The translations under genes and the position numbers were made by a program. The notes under the pieces are model-generated. The model had not been told where the DNA came from. It was given only the letters and a program-made list of their open reading frames with translations, and ran no database searches. This document shows positions 38,007 through 46,126 of a stretch of DNA of 64,000 nt, in pieces (position 1 is the stretch's first letter; every line of letters starts with the position of its first letter). Origin of the DNA: Minisyncoccota bacterium (lineage in GTDB: Bacteria > Patescibacteriota > Minisyncoccia > Phycocordibacterales > UBA9973); NCBI GenBank assembly GCA_035491955.1, contig DATJJU010000001.1, forward strand, positions 393 through 64,392, written 5' to 3'.

Positions 38007-38089
38007 GCCGGAGTGGCGGAATGGTAGACGCGATCGACTCAAAATCGATTACTCGCAAGGGTGTGGAGGTTCGAGTCCTCTTTCCGGCA
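38007..38089 (+). tRNA. tRNA-Leu (anticodon CAA), long variable arm
   Basis: Hand-folded class II tRNA with anticodon loop CUCAAAA (A36-A37). It ends 3 nt before the miaA start. Confidence 0.85.
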
Positions 38090-38092
38090 CAA

Positions 38093-38914
38093 ATGAATAA
38101 GATTATCGTGGTCTGCGGTCCGACCGCTACTGGTAAATCCGACTATGCTGTTGAGCTCGCCAAAAAAGTAGGCGGGGAAATTATTTCTGCCGATTCACGC
38201 CAGGTATACAAAGGTCTTGATATTGGCAGCGGCAAGATCACAAAAAAAGAAATGCGGGGTATACCTCATTACCTGCTTGATGTCGCAAATCCTCGTCGCG
38301 CTTTTTCTGTCGCTCAGTACAAAAAGTTGGCTGACAAAGCCATCAAAGTTATTTTGAAAAAAGGCAAAACGCCGATCATTGTTGGTGGGACAGGTTTTTA
38401 TATTGATGCAGTAATCTATGACCAATCATTGCCGGAAGTTCCGCCCAATACAACGTTGCGAAAAAAGTTAGAGAAGAGATCGCTGGAAGAATTACAAACA
38501 GTACTACAAGACCTTGATCCAGAACGATACGAAACTATTGATACAAAAAATCCTGTGCGATTGATACGAGCCATCGAAATTGCTGAAGCTTTGGGTAAAG
38601 TTCCTAAAACAGAAAGAAAAGCTAAGTACGACATGGAGTGGGTCTATTTAGATTTCCCTGATGAGGAATTAAAACAACGCATTCACACTCGCCTTCTGAA
38701 ACGCATGAAGCAAGGCATGGTAAAAGAAGTACAAACACTTCATGATGAAGGACTCTCTTGGAAGCGCCTTGAGGCACTTGGTTTAGAGTATCGATTTGTT
38801 GCACTGTATTTGCAAAATAAAATGAACAAACAAGATATGACCCAACAATTAGAGTCTGCGATCTGGCACTACGCTAAACGCCAACGCACCTGGTTCAAGA
38901 AATATGCCAAGTAA
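38093..38914 (+). CDS. miaA: tRNA dimethylallyltransferase
   Basis: P-loop GPTATGKS and the DSRQVY motif. Start moved to MNKIIVV, because the track ORF reads through the tRNA. Confidence 0.9.
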   Translation: MNKIIVVCGPTATGKSDYAVELAKKVGGEIISADSRQVYKGLDIGSGKITKKEMRGIPHYLLDVANPRRAFSVAQYKKLADKAIKVILKKGKTPIIVGGTGFYIDAVIYDQSLPEVPPNTTLRKKLEKRSLEELQTVLQDLDPERYETIDTKNPVRLIRAIEIAEALGKVPKTERKAKYDMEWVYLDFPDEELKQRIHTRLLKRMKQGMVKEVQTLHDEGLSWKRLEALGLEYRFVALYLQNKMNKQDMTQQLESAIWHYAKRQRTWFKKYAK

Positions 38915-38928
38915 CGTATACTTTCACT

Positions 38929-39093
38929 ATGAACACTAAGCAGACCATCATTCTTCTTACTATCATTGGCGGAACTATCGGTAGCTTTATTCCCCTCTTA
39001 TGGGGCGATAATCTGCTCTCTTTTTCTTCCGTTATCTTCACTGCCATAGGAGGATTCTTAGGCATTTATATTGGATACAAATTGAGGATATAA
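38929..39093 (+). CDS. small membrane peptide (about 54 aa)
   Basis: ATG-initiated ORF (MNTKQTIILLTIIGGTIGSFIPLLWG...) with two hydrophobic helices. Confidence 0.3.
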   Translation: MNTKQTIILLTIIGGTIGSFIPLLWGDNLLSFSSVIFTAIGGFLGIYIGYKLRI

Positions 39094-39096
39094 AAC

Positions 39097-39170
39097 TGGC
39101 GGGCGATGAGGGAATCGGACCCCCACCAAAGGTTTTGGAGACCTTCGTTCTACCACTAAACTAATCGCCC
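39097..39170 (-). tRNA. tRNA-Trp (anticodon CCA), 3' CCA encoded
   Basis: Hand-folded cloverleaf with anticodon loop CUCCAAA; the genomic sequence ends in GCCA. Confidence 0.88.
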
Positions 39171-39189
39171 GTGCGAGAAAACTATAACA

Positions 39190-39217
39190 AAAAAAGTGGC
39201 ATTGAGCCACTTTTTTT
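39190..39217. terminator. bidirectional terminator (A7-GTGGC-attga-GCCAC-T7) between rpmG and tRNA-Trp
   Basis: Short GC stem with symmetric A and T runs. Confidence 0.6.
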
Positions 39218-39219
39218 GC

Positions 39220-39378
39220 TTATTTCTTTGATTCCTTGAAGATCACAACCTTGCGAAGCTTCTTGCTGTATTTCTTCATTTCGAATTTCTTATCAGCAAG
39301 CTTCTTCTTGTTCTTAGGAGTCACATAGCTTTCGCCTGTTTCCTTATTGACCATTCGGGCTAGTTTTTCGTATGCCAT
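39220..39378 (-). CDS. rpmG: 50S ribosomal protein L33 (zinc-less type)
   Basis: 52-aa product (MAYEKLARMVNKETGESYVTPKNKKKLADKKFEMKKYSKKLRKVVIFKESKK) matching the L33 pattern. Classic rpmG-tRNA-Trp linkage. Confidence 0.8.
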   Translation of the reverse strand: MAYEKLARMVNKETGESYVTPKNKKKLADKKFEMKKYSKKLRKVVIFKESKK

Positions 39379-39490
39379 AGTGGCAAAACTATAGCACACG
39401 AGCTATTTTTGGGCAATATAGCTCACGGGTTTGACTTTTTTACCTTATATAGTTGTGTTTTTTGATCAATGTGTGATATACAGAAGGTCT

Positions 39491-40012
39491 ATGACTGCCG
39501 TGAAGAAAAAGAAACAACCTACATGGCTTGAAGCAAATGCTGAACGCGCAACGCGTTGGCTTGGCTCTACCTCATCACTTATTTTTCATACCTGCCTCTT
39601 TGTTCTAGCAGGTATTCTTCCCTTTCTCGGTATTGATTTCAGTCTCATACTTCTTGTTTTAACTACGGCGGTATCGCTGGAGGCAATTTACATGAACATC
39701 TTCATTCAGATGGCAGTAAATAAGAACACTGCTGACATTGAGGAGATTCAAGGTGATGTCGACGAGATTCAGGAGGATATTGAAGAGATCGGCGAAGATG
39801 TTGATGAAATTCAAAAAGATGTTGATGAAATCCAGGAAGACGTGGACGAAATTCAAAAGGATGTCGACGAGATTCAGGAGGATATTGAAGAAGACCAGCA
39901 AGAAGAAAAAAAAGAAGAAATGCAACAACAAAAAGAAATGGAGGCTCTCAGCTCTATCCAAACCATACTGACAAATCTTCATAAGGAAATCGAACAACTT
40001 AAGAAGAAATAA
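39491..40012 (+). CDS. DUF1003-like membrane protein with a C-terminal acidic heptad-repeat coiled coil
   Basis: Two transmembrane helices with a DUF1003-like pattern, then a 7x DVDEIQE repeat. Confidence 0.55.
   Translation: MTAVKKKKQPTWLEANAERATRWLGSTSSLIFHTCLFVLAGILPFLGIDFSLILLVLTTAVSLEAIYMNIFIQMAVNKNTADIEEIQGDVDEIQEDIEEIGEDVDEIQKDVDEIQEDVDEIQKDVDEIQEDIEEDQQEEKKEEMQQQKEMEALSSIQTILTNLHKEIEQLKKK
39734..39895 (+). repeat. in-frame 21-bp tandem repeat (about 7.7 units) encoding D-[VI]-[DE]-E-I-[QG]-[EKG] heptads
   Basis: Seen directly in the sequence (gat gtc gac gag att cag gag ...). Confidence 0.85.
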
Positions 40013-40076
40013 AAAAATCTCCACAATTGTAATTGTGGAGATTTATGATTTGTAGCAAGTGATTATAAATCGTAAT

Positions 40077-40379
40077 TTATAACAAGCCAATAAAGAACGG
40101 TACCCAGACAATGAAACCTAAGGCAAAAGATGCTATCTGGAAATTTTCAATCTTTTTTCTTTGTATAACCGATACCAATAGAGGCAATGTCATGGCTACA
40201 AAGCCGGCATATATTGTAAAAATCATTACTGTCGGTGTTCCAATGTTTACTGTGAAAAAGAAAGATATCATCAACAATATATTAGTTGCTGAGATCCAAT
40301 CAATTACAGTAAAGTTTTGCAACATTGAGAAAAAGAATTTTACATTTCCTTGGTCGGTCACTAAGTTAGTTGTTTTCAT
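40077..40379 (-). CDS. hypothetical membrane protein
   Basis: 100 aa with 3 transmembrane helices. Confidence 0.45.
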   Translation of the reverse strand: MKTTNLVTDQGNVKFFFSMLQNFTVIDWISATNILLMISFFFTVNIGTPTVMIFTIYAGFVAMTLPLLVSVIQRKKIENFQIASFALGFIVWVPFFIGLL

Positions 40380-40477
40380 TTAACGGAGTTTTATTTAGTT
40401 TTCAATTCATTGTTTTCCGATACTATTATAGCAGATTTATTGTTAAAAGTCAAGCTCCATAGGTCCGACCTATGGAG

Positions 40478-41041
40478 TTAAGCAATAGATATAGAGCCTT
40501 GTCTAATAACGGTAATTTCACCATTAGATATACGAACAATGGTTGAAGGGAGGCCCTCTACCCTGCCTTCATCTTGATAGTAATCTATACCGTCACCGAA
40601 ATAGTTTTTTGCTTCTTCTACAGTAAAGGCTGGTGATAAGCCTTGCGGGTTGGCGCTTGGTGCTACAAGCGGGCCGGTTTGCCGAAGCAGTTCTTGCAAA
40701 GATTGTTTTGCAGGTAAACGAAATGCCAACTCATTTGTTCCACGATGGAGATATGAAAATTGTTCCTGGTATTCTGGAGAGATAGGCAATATAACTGTCA
40801 GTGGTCCTGGCCAGTACTTTTCTAAAAATGCTTTATTGTCATCGGTAAGCGTGGCACCAAATTGTGATACTGTTTCAATAGCTGGGATAAGAACGATAAA
40901 AGGTTTGTTTTCATCACGGCCTTTCACATCATAGATACGCTCTACAGTTTCCTTATTGAATGCATTACCGAGAATGCCGTAGAGAGTGTCGGTAGCGACA
41001 ATAGCAATATTGTTATTCTTTAAAACAGAAATAAGATCCAT
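40478..41041 (-). CDS. tsaC: L-threonylcarbamoyladenylate synthase (YrdC/TsaC family)
   Basis: YrdC fold motifs (ATDTLYGILGNAF..., KGRDENKPF); 187 aa. Confidence 0.8.
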   Translation of the reverse strand: MDLISVLKNNNIAIVATDTLYGILGNAFNKETVERIYDVKGRDENKPFIVLIPAIETVSQFGATLTDDNKAFLEKYWPGPLTVILPISPEYQEQFSYLHRGTNELAFRLPAKQSLQELLRQTGPLVAPSANPQGLSPAFTVEEAKNYFGDGIDYYQDEGRVEGLPSTIVRISNGEITVIRQGSISIA

Positions 41042-42153
41042 TAGATTTTAAATTCAATCACGTCACCATCTTTGACGATATATTCTTTGCCTTCAGTGCG
41101 GACTTGGCCTTTAGCGCGAGCTTCACCGTATGAACCGGCATCGAGGAGGTCTTTCCAAAAGACTACTTCAGCACGAATGAATTTATCCTTGAAGTCGGTA
41201 TGAATAGCAGTACCGGCGATAGGAGCAGTGCTTCCCTTTTTGATAGTCCAGGCACGAGTTTCATCCGCACCGGTTGTGAAGAATGTTTCAAGACCAAGCA
41301 ATTCATATGCTTTAGTTATGAGGTTTGTAATGCCGTCATCATCGCCTGCCAGCTCGCTGCGCATCATTTCTTTTTCTTCACCCTCGAAATCCTTCAGATC
41401 GTCTTCAATCTTGGCATCAAGCACCACATACTGGGCACCAGACGCAATAATAGTATCGGTGAGCTCTTTAAATTTTTCTGCATCAGTTTCATCGAGGTTG
41501 GCTGTGCCACTGCGCTTATTAAGACCATAGAGGAATTTCTTTGTTGTAAGCAAATTGAGCTGCTTTACCATTTTACTTTCTTCTTCAGTTAGATCATCAA
41601 CAGTATTGGCAAGTTTGCCTGCTTCAAGCGCTGCTTCTAGGCGACCGAGCGCTGCATCTTCTGCTACAGCAAGCTTGTCCCCACGCTTCACATCACGGGC
41701 TAGATTACTGCGACGTTTTGTGACAGTTTCAAAATCAGCCAAGATTAGCTCAAGATTGATAACAGAGATATCGCGAAGCGGATCAACGGTACCATATACG
41801 TGCGCGATTTCCGTTCCCCCTCCTACAATAGGAAAGAGTCGCACCATTTCCAAAATAGCATCGGTTTCCCGAATGTTAGCTAAGAATTTATTGCCCAAGC
41901 CTTCGCCTTTTGACGCGCCTTCTACCAAGCCGGCAATATCAACGAACTCTATCGCTCCCGGAATAGTTTTTGCGGACTGCGAAAAAGCGCTGAGCTTGCC
42001 CAAGCGTTCATCGGGCACGGCCACGATACCGACTGACGGATCAATAGTACAAAACGGATAGTTCTCCGCCGGCACCCCCTTCTTCGTCAATGCATTAAAT
42101 AGTGTAGATTTACCGACATTCGGCAATCCTACGATTCCTATACTTAGTCCCAT
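41041..42153 (-). CDS. ychF: ribosome-binding ATPase YchF
   Basis: GIVGLPNVGKSTLFNALT, NYPFCTIDP, and a C-terminal TGS domain; 370 aa. Confidence 0.93.
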   Translation of the reverse strand: MGLSIGIVGLPNVGKSTLFNALTKKGVPAENYPFCTIDPSVGIVAVPDERLGKLSAFSQSAKTIPGAIEFVDIAGLVEGASKGEGLGNKFLANIRETDAILEMVRLFPIVGGGTEIAHVYGTVDPLRDISVINLELILADFETVTKRRSNLARDVKRGDKLAVAEDAALGRLEAALEAGKLANTVDDLTEEESKMVKQLNLLTTKKFLYGLNKRSGTANLDETDAEKFKELTDTIIASGAQYVVLDAKIEDDLKDFEGEEKEMMRSELAGDDDGITNLITKAYELLGLETFFTTGADETRAWTIKKGSTAPIAGTAIHTDFKDKFIRAEVVFWKDLLDAGSYGEARAKGQVRTEGKEYIVKDGDVIEFKI

Positions 42154-42186
42154 AGGCCTCTATACTAGCAGAAATAAATAAAATCT

Positions 42187-42211
42187 AAAACAGCGACCAG
42201 GTCGCTGTTTT
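42187..42211. promoter_or_regulatory. 25-nt perfect palindrome AAAACAGCGACC-A-GGTCGCTGTTTT, immediately upstream of a TTGACA box, in the ychF/42259 divergent region
   Basis: Read directly. It shares its 13-nt core GCGACCAGGTCGC with the site at 42935-42953. Confidence 0.5.
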
Positions 42212-42258
42212 ATTGACATAAAAAAATATAATGGTAATGTAATCTAAAACTTACAACC

Positions 42259-42522
42259 ATGGCAATAAAAGGAAACATTAATGATCCAATTTGGGTAAAA
42301 CTCACTGAGGACGGCAAAAGAATTCATAACGAGCACTATGCCAATATTTTGAAAAACAGTAAGGTTCAAATAGATTTAAAAAATTACGAACCAAAAATAG
42401 ACAGAAAAGGCCTTACTCGATACACATTATGGGAATGGGCTAGTATTTTTGGTCCGTCCCTGCACCACGGAATGATGGTTCAGCCATTCACAGACAACAT
42501 TGTTTATTATGATGAACCTTAG
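42259..42522 (+). CDS. hypothetical protein
   Basis: 87-aa ORF. Confidence 0.4.
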   Translation: MAIKGNINDPIWVKLTEDGKRIHNEHYANILKNSKVQIDLKNYEPKIDRKGLTRYTLWEWASIFGPSLHHGMMVQPFTDNIVYYDEP

Positions 42523-42545
42523 AGAATTTAAATAAACTCAACAAA

Positions 42546-42585
42546 AAGCGCACCATCTGATTTCAGACGGCGCTTTTTCTTTTTG
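42546..42585. terminator. bidirectional terminator (GCGC..TCTGA-tt-TCAGA..GCGC followed by T5)
   Basis: Hairpin with an A5 run upstream and a T5 run downstream, between convergent genes. Confidence 0.65.
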
Positions 42586-42587
42586 TA

Positions 42588-42896
42588 TTACTTCCCGGAC
42601 ATCATGAGCTGCATGAGTGGTGCGAGTTCGTTGCGGTATTTAGCGATTTCGGACTTGTACTTGCCCATGACTTGGACAGCGGCGTATTGCTCAGGCATGC
42701 CGGCCTTTTTCTTTTCTTCAATCTCGCTCTGAATTTTCTCAAGCAATGCTTTGAGCTCCTTATTGTCTTCCATAGACTTCAAGGTCTTTGCCATTTCTGG
42801 ATTTTCTTCAAGCGTCTTGGCGATCTTCTCAGCCTGGTCCTTGTCTACCCCCTTCATTTGAAGGGTCTTTTTCATTAAAAATGATTTAAATCCCAT
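42588..42896 (-). CDS. hypothetical Lys/Glu-rich small protein
   Basis: ORF taken from MGFKSFLMKK...; the track version at 43052 has an implausible N-terminal extension that would run through the ung promoter region. Confidence 0.4.
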   Translation of the reverse strand: MGFKSFLMKKTLQMKGVDKDQAEKIAKTLEENPEMAKTLKSMEDNKELKALLEKIQSEIEEKKKAGMPEQYAAVQVMGKYKSEIAKYRNELAPLMQLMMSGK

Positions 42897-42934
42897 ATCC
42901 CTGCATGCTATCATATTTACAGCGTGACCACCAC

Positions 42935-42953
42935 TTGGCGACCAGGTCGCCAA
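42935..42953. promoter_or_regulatory. 19-nt perfect palindrome TTGGCGACC-A-GGTCGCCAA, 5 nt upstream of the ung-family gene start
   Basis: Read directly; second copy of the GCGACCAGGTCGC core. Confidence 0.5.
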
Positions 42954-42957
42954 ATTT

Positions 42958-43533
42958 ATGAAAACTTTAGAAGAAATAAATACACATTGGAAAGAACACT
43001 GCACCTGCGACCTGAAAGCTACAGCGACACAGGCGGTGCCAGGCGACGGCAATCCTCACGCAGAAGTAGTATTCATCGGCGAAGCGCCGGGCAAGAACGA
43101 GGATATTGAAGGCCGTCCGTTCATAGGTGCTGCTGGCAAGTTCTTAGCGGAAATGCTTGAGAGTATTAAAATGAAGCGCGAAGATATCTATATCACCAAC
43201 GTGGTGAAATATCGCCCGCCCAACAATCGCGACCCCTTGCCTGAAGAAAAAGAAGCCTGCAAGTCCTGGCTTGATGAAGAGCTTCATGCTATTAAGCCAA
43301 AGCTCATTGTGTTCTTGGGACGGCATGCCATGGGCAACTTTTTTCCTACCGAAAAAATCTCTGCCGTTCACGGCAAACTACTGAAAAAGAAAATACCAGG
43401 CTTTCCTACCGAGTATTTTCTTCCACTCTATCACCCTGCTGCCGCTCTCTATAACGGCGGATTGCGTGAAGAGCTGATGTCTGATTTTCAAAAAATCCCT
43501 CTGGCTCTGACTAAGATTTCTTCGGCTTCTTAA
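42958..43533 (+). CDS. uracil-DNA glycosylase superfamily protein (family 4/5-like)
   Basis: GEAPG...ED..G.PF.G.AG motif, HPAA motif, and N-terminal Cys residues; 191 aa. Confidence 0.8.
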   Translation: MKTLEEINTHWKEHCTCDLKATATQAVPGDGNPHAEVVFIGEAPGKNEDIEGRPFIGAAGKFLAEMLESIKMKREDIYITNVVKYRPPNNRDPLPEEKEACKSWLDEELHAIKPKLIVFLGRHAMGNFFPTEKISAVHGKLLKKKIPGFPTEYFLPLYHPAAALYNGGLREELMSDFQKIPLALTKISSAS

Positions 43534-44728
43534 GCATTGAGAAAAGATATCGAAGCGTGGTGATACTGAGGAAATAGTCAGCATCTACAGCAATACGCAT
43601 GAGCCACACTGCAAGACCTGTGAAGAAGAAGTTTTTATAATTAAGCACTGCCCAGCCCTTGCCGACAGGAATGACAAACACTCCCGGTTTTGGCTCGTAT
43701 GGCTCTACTGGCTGCTCATTGATACGCTTAGCGATAGCGCTGGCCACATATTTCCCTTGATCAATAGCGGTTTGTGCCAGACCACTATATGGCGTACCGG
43801 ATCCATCTCCTGCAATATAAATAGTGTCATCGTTTGGCAATGTCAGCGTTGGAGAAACCTCGACGCGCTTGCGGTCGGTCATGACAACATTAGGAATGGT
43901 GCTGAAGCCTGCATTTATTTTTGTACCAGCGGTCCAGACAATAGTACCCGCAGAAAATTCTTTTATTTCTTCTTTGTCACCCTTTTTCTCTACTGCGGTA
44001 ATACCGCTATCAGTGCATGCCTTCACACCATGATTAGGATAAAACTTCACGCCTTTTTTCTTCAAATGTTTCTCTACTCGAGCAGACGCTTTTGCAGGAA
44101 TAGCAGGAAGAACGCGAGGAGATGAATCCAGCACGTCTATCGTGACATGCGCTGGATTCACTCCTTCTTTCTTTGCCATAGATTTCAAAAAGTCCGGCAA
44201 TGCGCCAGCAAGCTCGATACCGGAAGGGCCAGCACCAACAACAATAGTGTGCAAAAGCTTCTTTGATTCCTCAGCAGAAAGCGTCTTAGCCTTTTTAATG
44301 CTTTCCATGAAGTGTTCTTTCAAAGACAATGCTTTTTCGATAGAAAGGAAATCTCGAGCCTTCTCCTGTATGCCTTCAATGCCGAAATAGTTTGGCTCAC
44401 TGCCAAGTGCGAGGACGAGGTAGTCGTATTTCACAGTCTTCCCGCTTTTCAAAGTAATAGTATGGGTGCCTTCACCAAGACCTGTATAGGTGTCCTCTAT
44501 CAATCGTACGCCATGTGGTACAGCATGAACCAAAGGAATAGAAACCTGATTGATATTTGCTCCGACTACCAAACGGTAAAGGCTTGGGTAGTATTGAAAG
44601 CGAGCATTGCTGGTGACTACCGTAACCACAACCGGTGCGTCTTTTTTTAAGAGATCATGAGCCACTTGCAGCCCTGCAAATCCGCCCCCTACTATCACCA
44701 CCTCGTACTGCTTTACTTCCTCATTCAT
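43511..44728 (-). CDS. ndh: type II NADH:quinone oxidoreductase (NDH-2)
   Basis: Two GxGxxG dinucleotide-binding motifs (VVIVGGGFAG; VVGAGPSGIE); 405 aa. Confidence 0.85.
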   Translation of the reverse strand: MNEEVKQYEVVIVGGGFAGLQVAHDLLKKDAPVVVTVVTSNARFQYYPSLYRLVVGANINQVSIPLVHAVPHGVRLIEDTYTGLGEGTHTITLKSGKTVKYDYLVLALGSEPNYFGIEGIQEKARDFLSIEKALSLKEHFMESIKKAKTLSAEESKKLLHTIVVGAGPSGIELAGALPDFLKSMAKKEGVNPAHVTIDVLDSSPRVLPAIPAKASARVEKHLKKKGVKFYPNHGVKACTDSGITAVEKKGDKEEIKEFSAGTIVWTAGTKINAGFSTIPNVVMTDRKRVEVSPTLTLPNDDTIYIAGDGSGTPYSGLAQTAIDQGKYVASAIAKRINEQPVEPYEPKPGVFVIPVGKGWAVLNYKNFFFTGLAVWLMRIAVDADYFLSITTLRYLFSMLKKPKKS

Positions 44729-44769
44729 GGCAAAAGTATAACAAAAAATGCCTCAAAACCATACATTTG

Positions 44770-45321
44770 ATGTATACTTGTAAGATGCACGGTAATGAGT
44801 CGTCTAAGGACAAGGAACAGCACTTTTTTGACATGGTGGAAGCATATCAGGACGCTATTTTCCGTTTCATTTACTTCCGAGTAAACAACCGTGCGGTAGC
44901 CCTGGATATTACCCAAGATACCTTCACCAAGACCTGGCTGTACCTGGCCGGAGGCAAGACGATTGACTACCCCGAAGCCTTTCTTTACCGAACGGCTCGC
45001 AACGCAGTCATCGACTACTTCAAAAAATCAAAGTCAGCTTCTCTTGATACATTGATGGAAGCAGGGTTTGATCCCGGCTCAACGAAAACTGTCGACGATG
45101 TCTTTCGTGATGATGATATTGAAACGGTCCGAGCGCTTGTGGAGACCCTTGATGAAGAAAGTCAGCAAATTATCTTCATGCGCTACACGGAAGAAAAGCC
45201 TATCGAGCAAATCGCCGATATTTTTGGTACTACCATAAACGCTATGACTGTTCGCATTCATCGCATTGTCAAAAAATTGCGCAGCCGCTTTGACGAAAAA
45301 GAAAACAACAATGGACAATAA
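44770..45321 (+). CDS. ECF-type RNA polymerase sigma factor (sigma-70 regions 2 and 4)
   Basis: Region 2 motif (...DITQDTFTKTW...) and a region 4 HTH. The start is ambiguous (44770 or 44785). Confidence 0.85.
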   Translation: MYTCKMHGNESSKDKEQHFFDMVEAYQDAIFRFIYFRVNNRAVALDITQDTFTKTWLYLAGGKTIDYPEAFLYRTARNAVIDYFKKSKSASLDTLMEAGFDPGSTKTVDDVFRDDDIETVRALVETLDEESQQIIFMRYTEEKPIEQIADIFGTTINAMTVRIHRIVKKLRSRFDEKENNNGQ

Positions 45322-46126
45322 TTTATCAAAACTTAAAGCGTATAAAAAGATCTCTCTCACCGAAGAAGAGCGCGGTTTGATGCGCGCGCATGCAGCCCGC
45401 ATTATCATGTCCACTCCAGTATTGGTGACACAGTCATTCTTCAAGCGCGGCGTACAGCACGGCCTTCGTATTGCACTCTCAAGCATGCTTTTCGTTGTTT
45501 TCATTTTTGGCTTTGTTGCTACAGCTGCAAATAACACATTACCGGGCGATCCATTATATGGATTCAAGCGCAATATAAATGAAAGAGTGGCAGCCGCTAT
45601 TGTTGGCACCAGCCCTGCAGCGCAGACTCCGTATTTAGCAAATCGCTTCATTGCTCGTTTCAATGAAGTCAAAACATTGGCTGACTCAAACTCACTCACT
45701 CCAGCAAATCAGGAAATTGCAGCAAAGGCTATTACCAGCCAGGCAGCAGATCTTTCTGCAAACCTTACTACACTGAGCGATCAGTCTCCTTCTAGCGCAT
45801 TAGCCGTCACTGCTACACTTGAACAAGCCTTGAAAGCAAATAAGATCGCATTAGAGAATGCTCCTGCTGCTACTCCTGCACAGGCAGACGGTAAAGCCGC
45901 TGCACTTAATACTGTGAATAGCGCCTTGCAAACAGTCTCAAACCAGCAAGTACAAATTCTTTCAAAAGAAATTGACGATATTAGCACTGCTGTATCAAAT
46001 GTCCCTACTACTGCCTCTGCAGATACAACTGTTTCAACAAGCGATAGTACGAGTCAAACTCCTGATAGCGGTGCTACCCAAACACCAAATGTCACTCCTG
46101 CAAAAGTTACTCCTCTCGCGCCTTAA
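45311..46126 (+). CDS. putative anti-sigma factor / membrane protein (DUF5667-like)
   Basis: Its start overlaps the sigma-factor stop (ATGGACAATAA). Single transmembrane helix, then a DPLYGFKR motif, then a Thr/Ser/Ala-rich tail. Confidence 0.5.
   Translation: MDNNLSKLKAYKKISLTEEERGLMRAHAARIIMSTPVLVTQSFFKRGVQHGLRIALSSMLFVVFIFGFVATAANNTLPGDPLYGFKRNINERVAAAIVGTSPAAQTPYLANRFIARFNEVKTLADSNSLTPANQEIAAKAITSQAADLSANLTTLSDQSPSSALAVTATLEQALKANKIALENAPAATPAQADGKAAALNTVNSALQTVSNQQVQILSKEIDDISTAVSNVPTTASADTTVSTSDSTSQTPDSGATQTPNVTPAKVTPLAP

Noticed and set aside
37979-38092. Track ORF start for miaA at 37979
   Set aside because: The extension reads straight through tRNA-Leu (38007-38089). The real start is the ATG at 38093, which begins MNKIIVV with the P-loop right after.
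39659-40024. 121-aa minus-strand ORF and 77-aa plus-strand ORF inside the heptad repeat region
   Set aside because: Low-complexity translations of the 21-bp tandem repeat in alternative frames.
42187-42211. AAAACAGCGACCAGGTCGCTGTTTT read as a bidirectional terminator
   Set aside because: It lies in a divergent promoter region (upstream of both flanking genes), and a near-identical core palindrome recurs in a second promoter, so an operator is the more plausible reading. The terminator reading cannot be fully excluded.
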